From Octopus bimaculoides (taxonomy: Eukaryota): a stretch of 64,000 bases of DNA. Numbering within the stretch: the stretch's first letter is position 1; the number at the start of each line of letters is the position of its first letter. The notes under the pieces were generated by a model. It was not told the DNA's origin. It ran no database searches and saw only the letters and a program-made list of their open reading frames with translations. The position numbers and the translations under genes were made by a program. This document shows, one piece after another, positions 63,587-64,000 of this stretch. Location of the stretch: positions 34,482,019 to 34,546,018 of the forward strand of contig NC_068998.1 in NCBI RefSeq assembly GCF_001194135.2, given 5' to 3'.

Positions 63587-63707
63587 GCTGATAAGTTCCT
63601 GGCTTTAAGGGTATCGTGAAAGGCTTCGTTGGAGGCCCAACCTTCCAAGTTCTTTTACAGGGCTTAGAAAAACGGAAGGCCTGCTGCAATAAGTGAGTGA
63701 ATCTGAG
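63586..63707 (+). mobile_element. Partial mariner-derived MITE, truncated by an RTE tail
   Basis: gctgataagttcctggc resembles a mariner TIR (compare aaagttcctggac at ~6290), followed by GLEKRKACCNK*VNL, like a mariner transposase C-terminus. Confidence 0.45.
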
Positions 63708-64000
63708 TATCAACATCATCATCATCATCATCGTCCTTTAATGTCCATTGTTCATGTTGGACGGTTTGACCAGGCCTGGTAAGCTGGAAGACTGCACCAG
63801 ACTCCAGTCTTATTTGGCACGGTTTTCTACAGCCGGATGCCCTTCCTAACACCAACCACTCCAGGAGTATAATGGGTGCTTTTATGTGCCACTGACACAG
63901 GTGCTATTTGCATGATACCAGTATCTGCCATGACTGTGATTTTGCTCAGCTTCATGGGTCTTCTTCTCAGCATGACATAATTTTAAAGGTCTTGGTCATT
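63708..64000 (-). mobile_element. RTE 3' UTR copy with (CAT)n tail, running off the window
   Basis: (cat)n cgtcctttaatgtcc...ggttttctacagccggatgcccttcctaacaccaaccac. Confidence 0.85.

Overview
AT-rich, microsatellite-dense eukaryotic DNA from a gapped short-read scaffold. N-runs lie at 15460-15690, 21415-21599, 24767-25463, 29605-30084, 30577-30852, 37264-37588, 38830-38982, 51659-51694, 53131-53140 and 60023-60930, most abutting simple repeats. The SINE/LINE repertoire and (TA)n/(CA)n/(CAT)n density look like a coleoid cephalopod, most likely Octopus (inference, no database search). I found no host protein-coding gene I can identify; the window reads as intronic or intergenic. Nearly all supplied ORFs are microsatellite, N-run or transposon shadows. 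The content is decayed mobile DNA: three copies of an internally deleted DD37D-like mariner, a DD34D mariner, a Tc1 interrupted by a young SINE, three hAT-type elements, a MULE relic, many RTE LINE pieces, CR1/Jockey relics, two restriction-like-endonuclease non-LTR relics, a Penelope-like element (Naiad-type Cys motifs) and at least four tRNA-derived SINE families. The most notable unexplained signal is a set of minimal type-I hammerhead ribozyme motifs in several unrelated short repeats. The best case is a ~550-bp head-to-head fold-back (44527-45073) of a unit made of a tRNA-like Pol III head, (AAT)n and a hammerhead-bearing tail, a candidate Penelope-dependent SINE/retrozyme. All alignments and translations were done by eye; boundaries are approximate unless a TSD or TIR is quoted.
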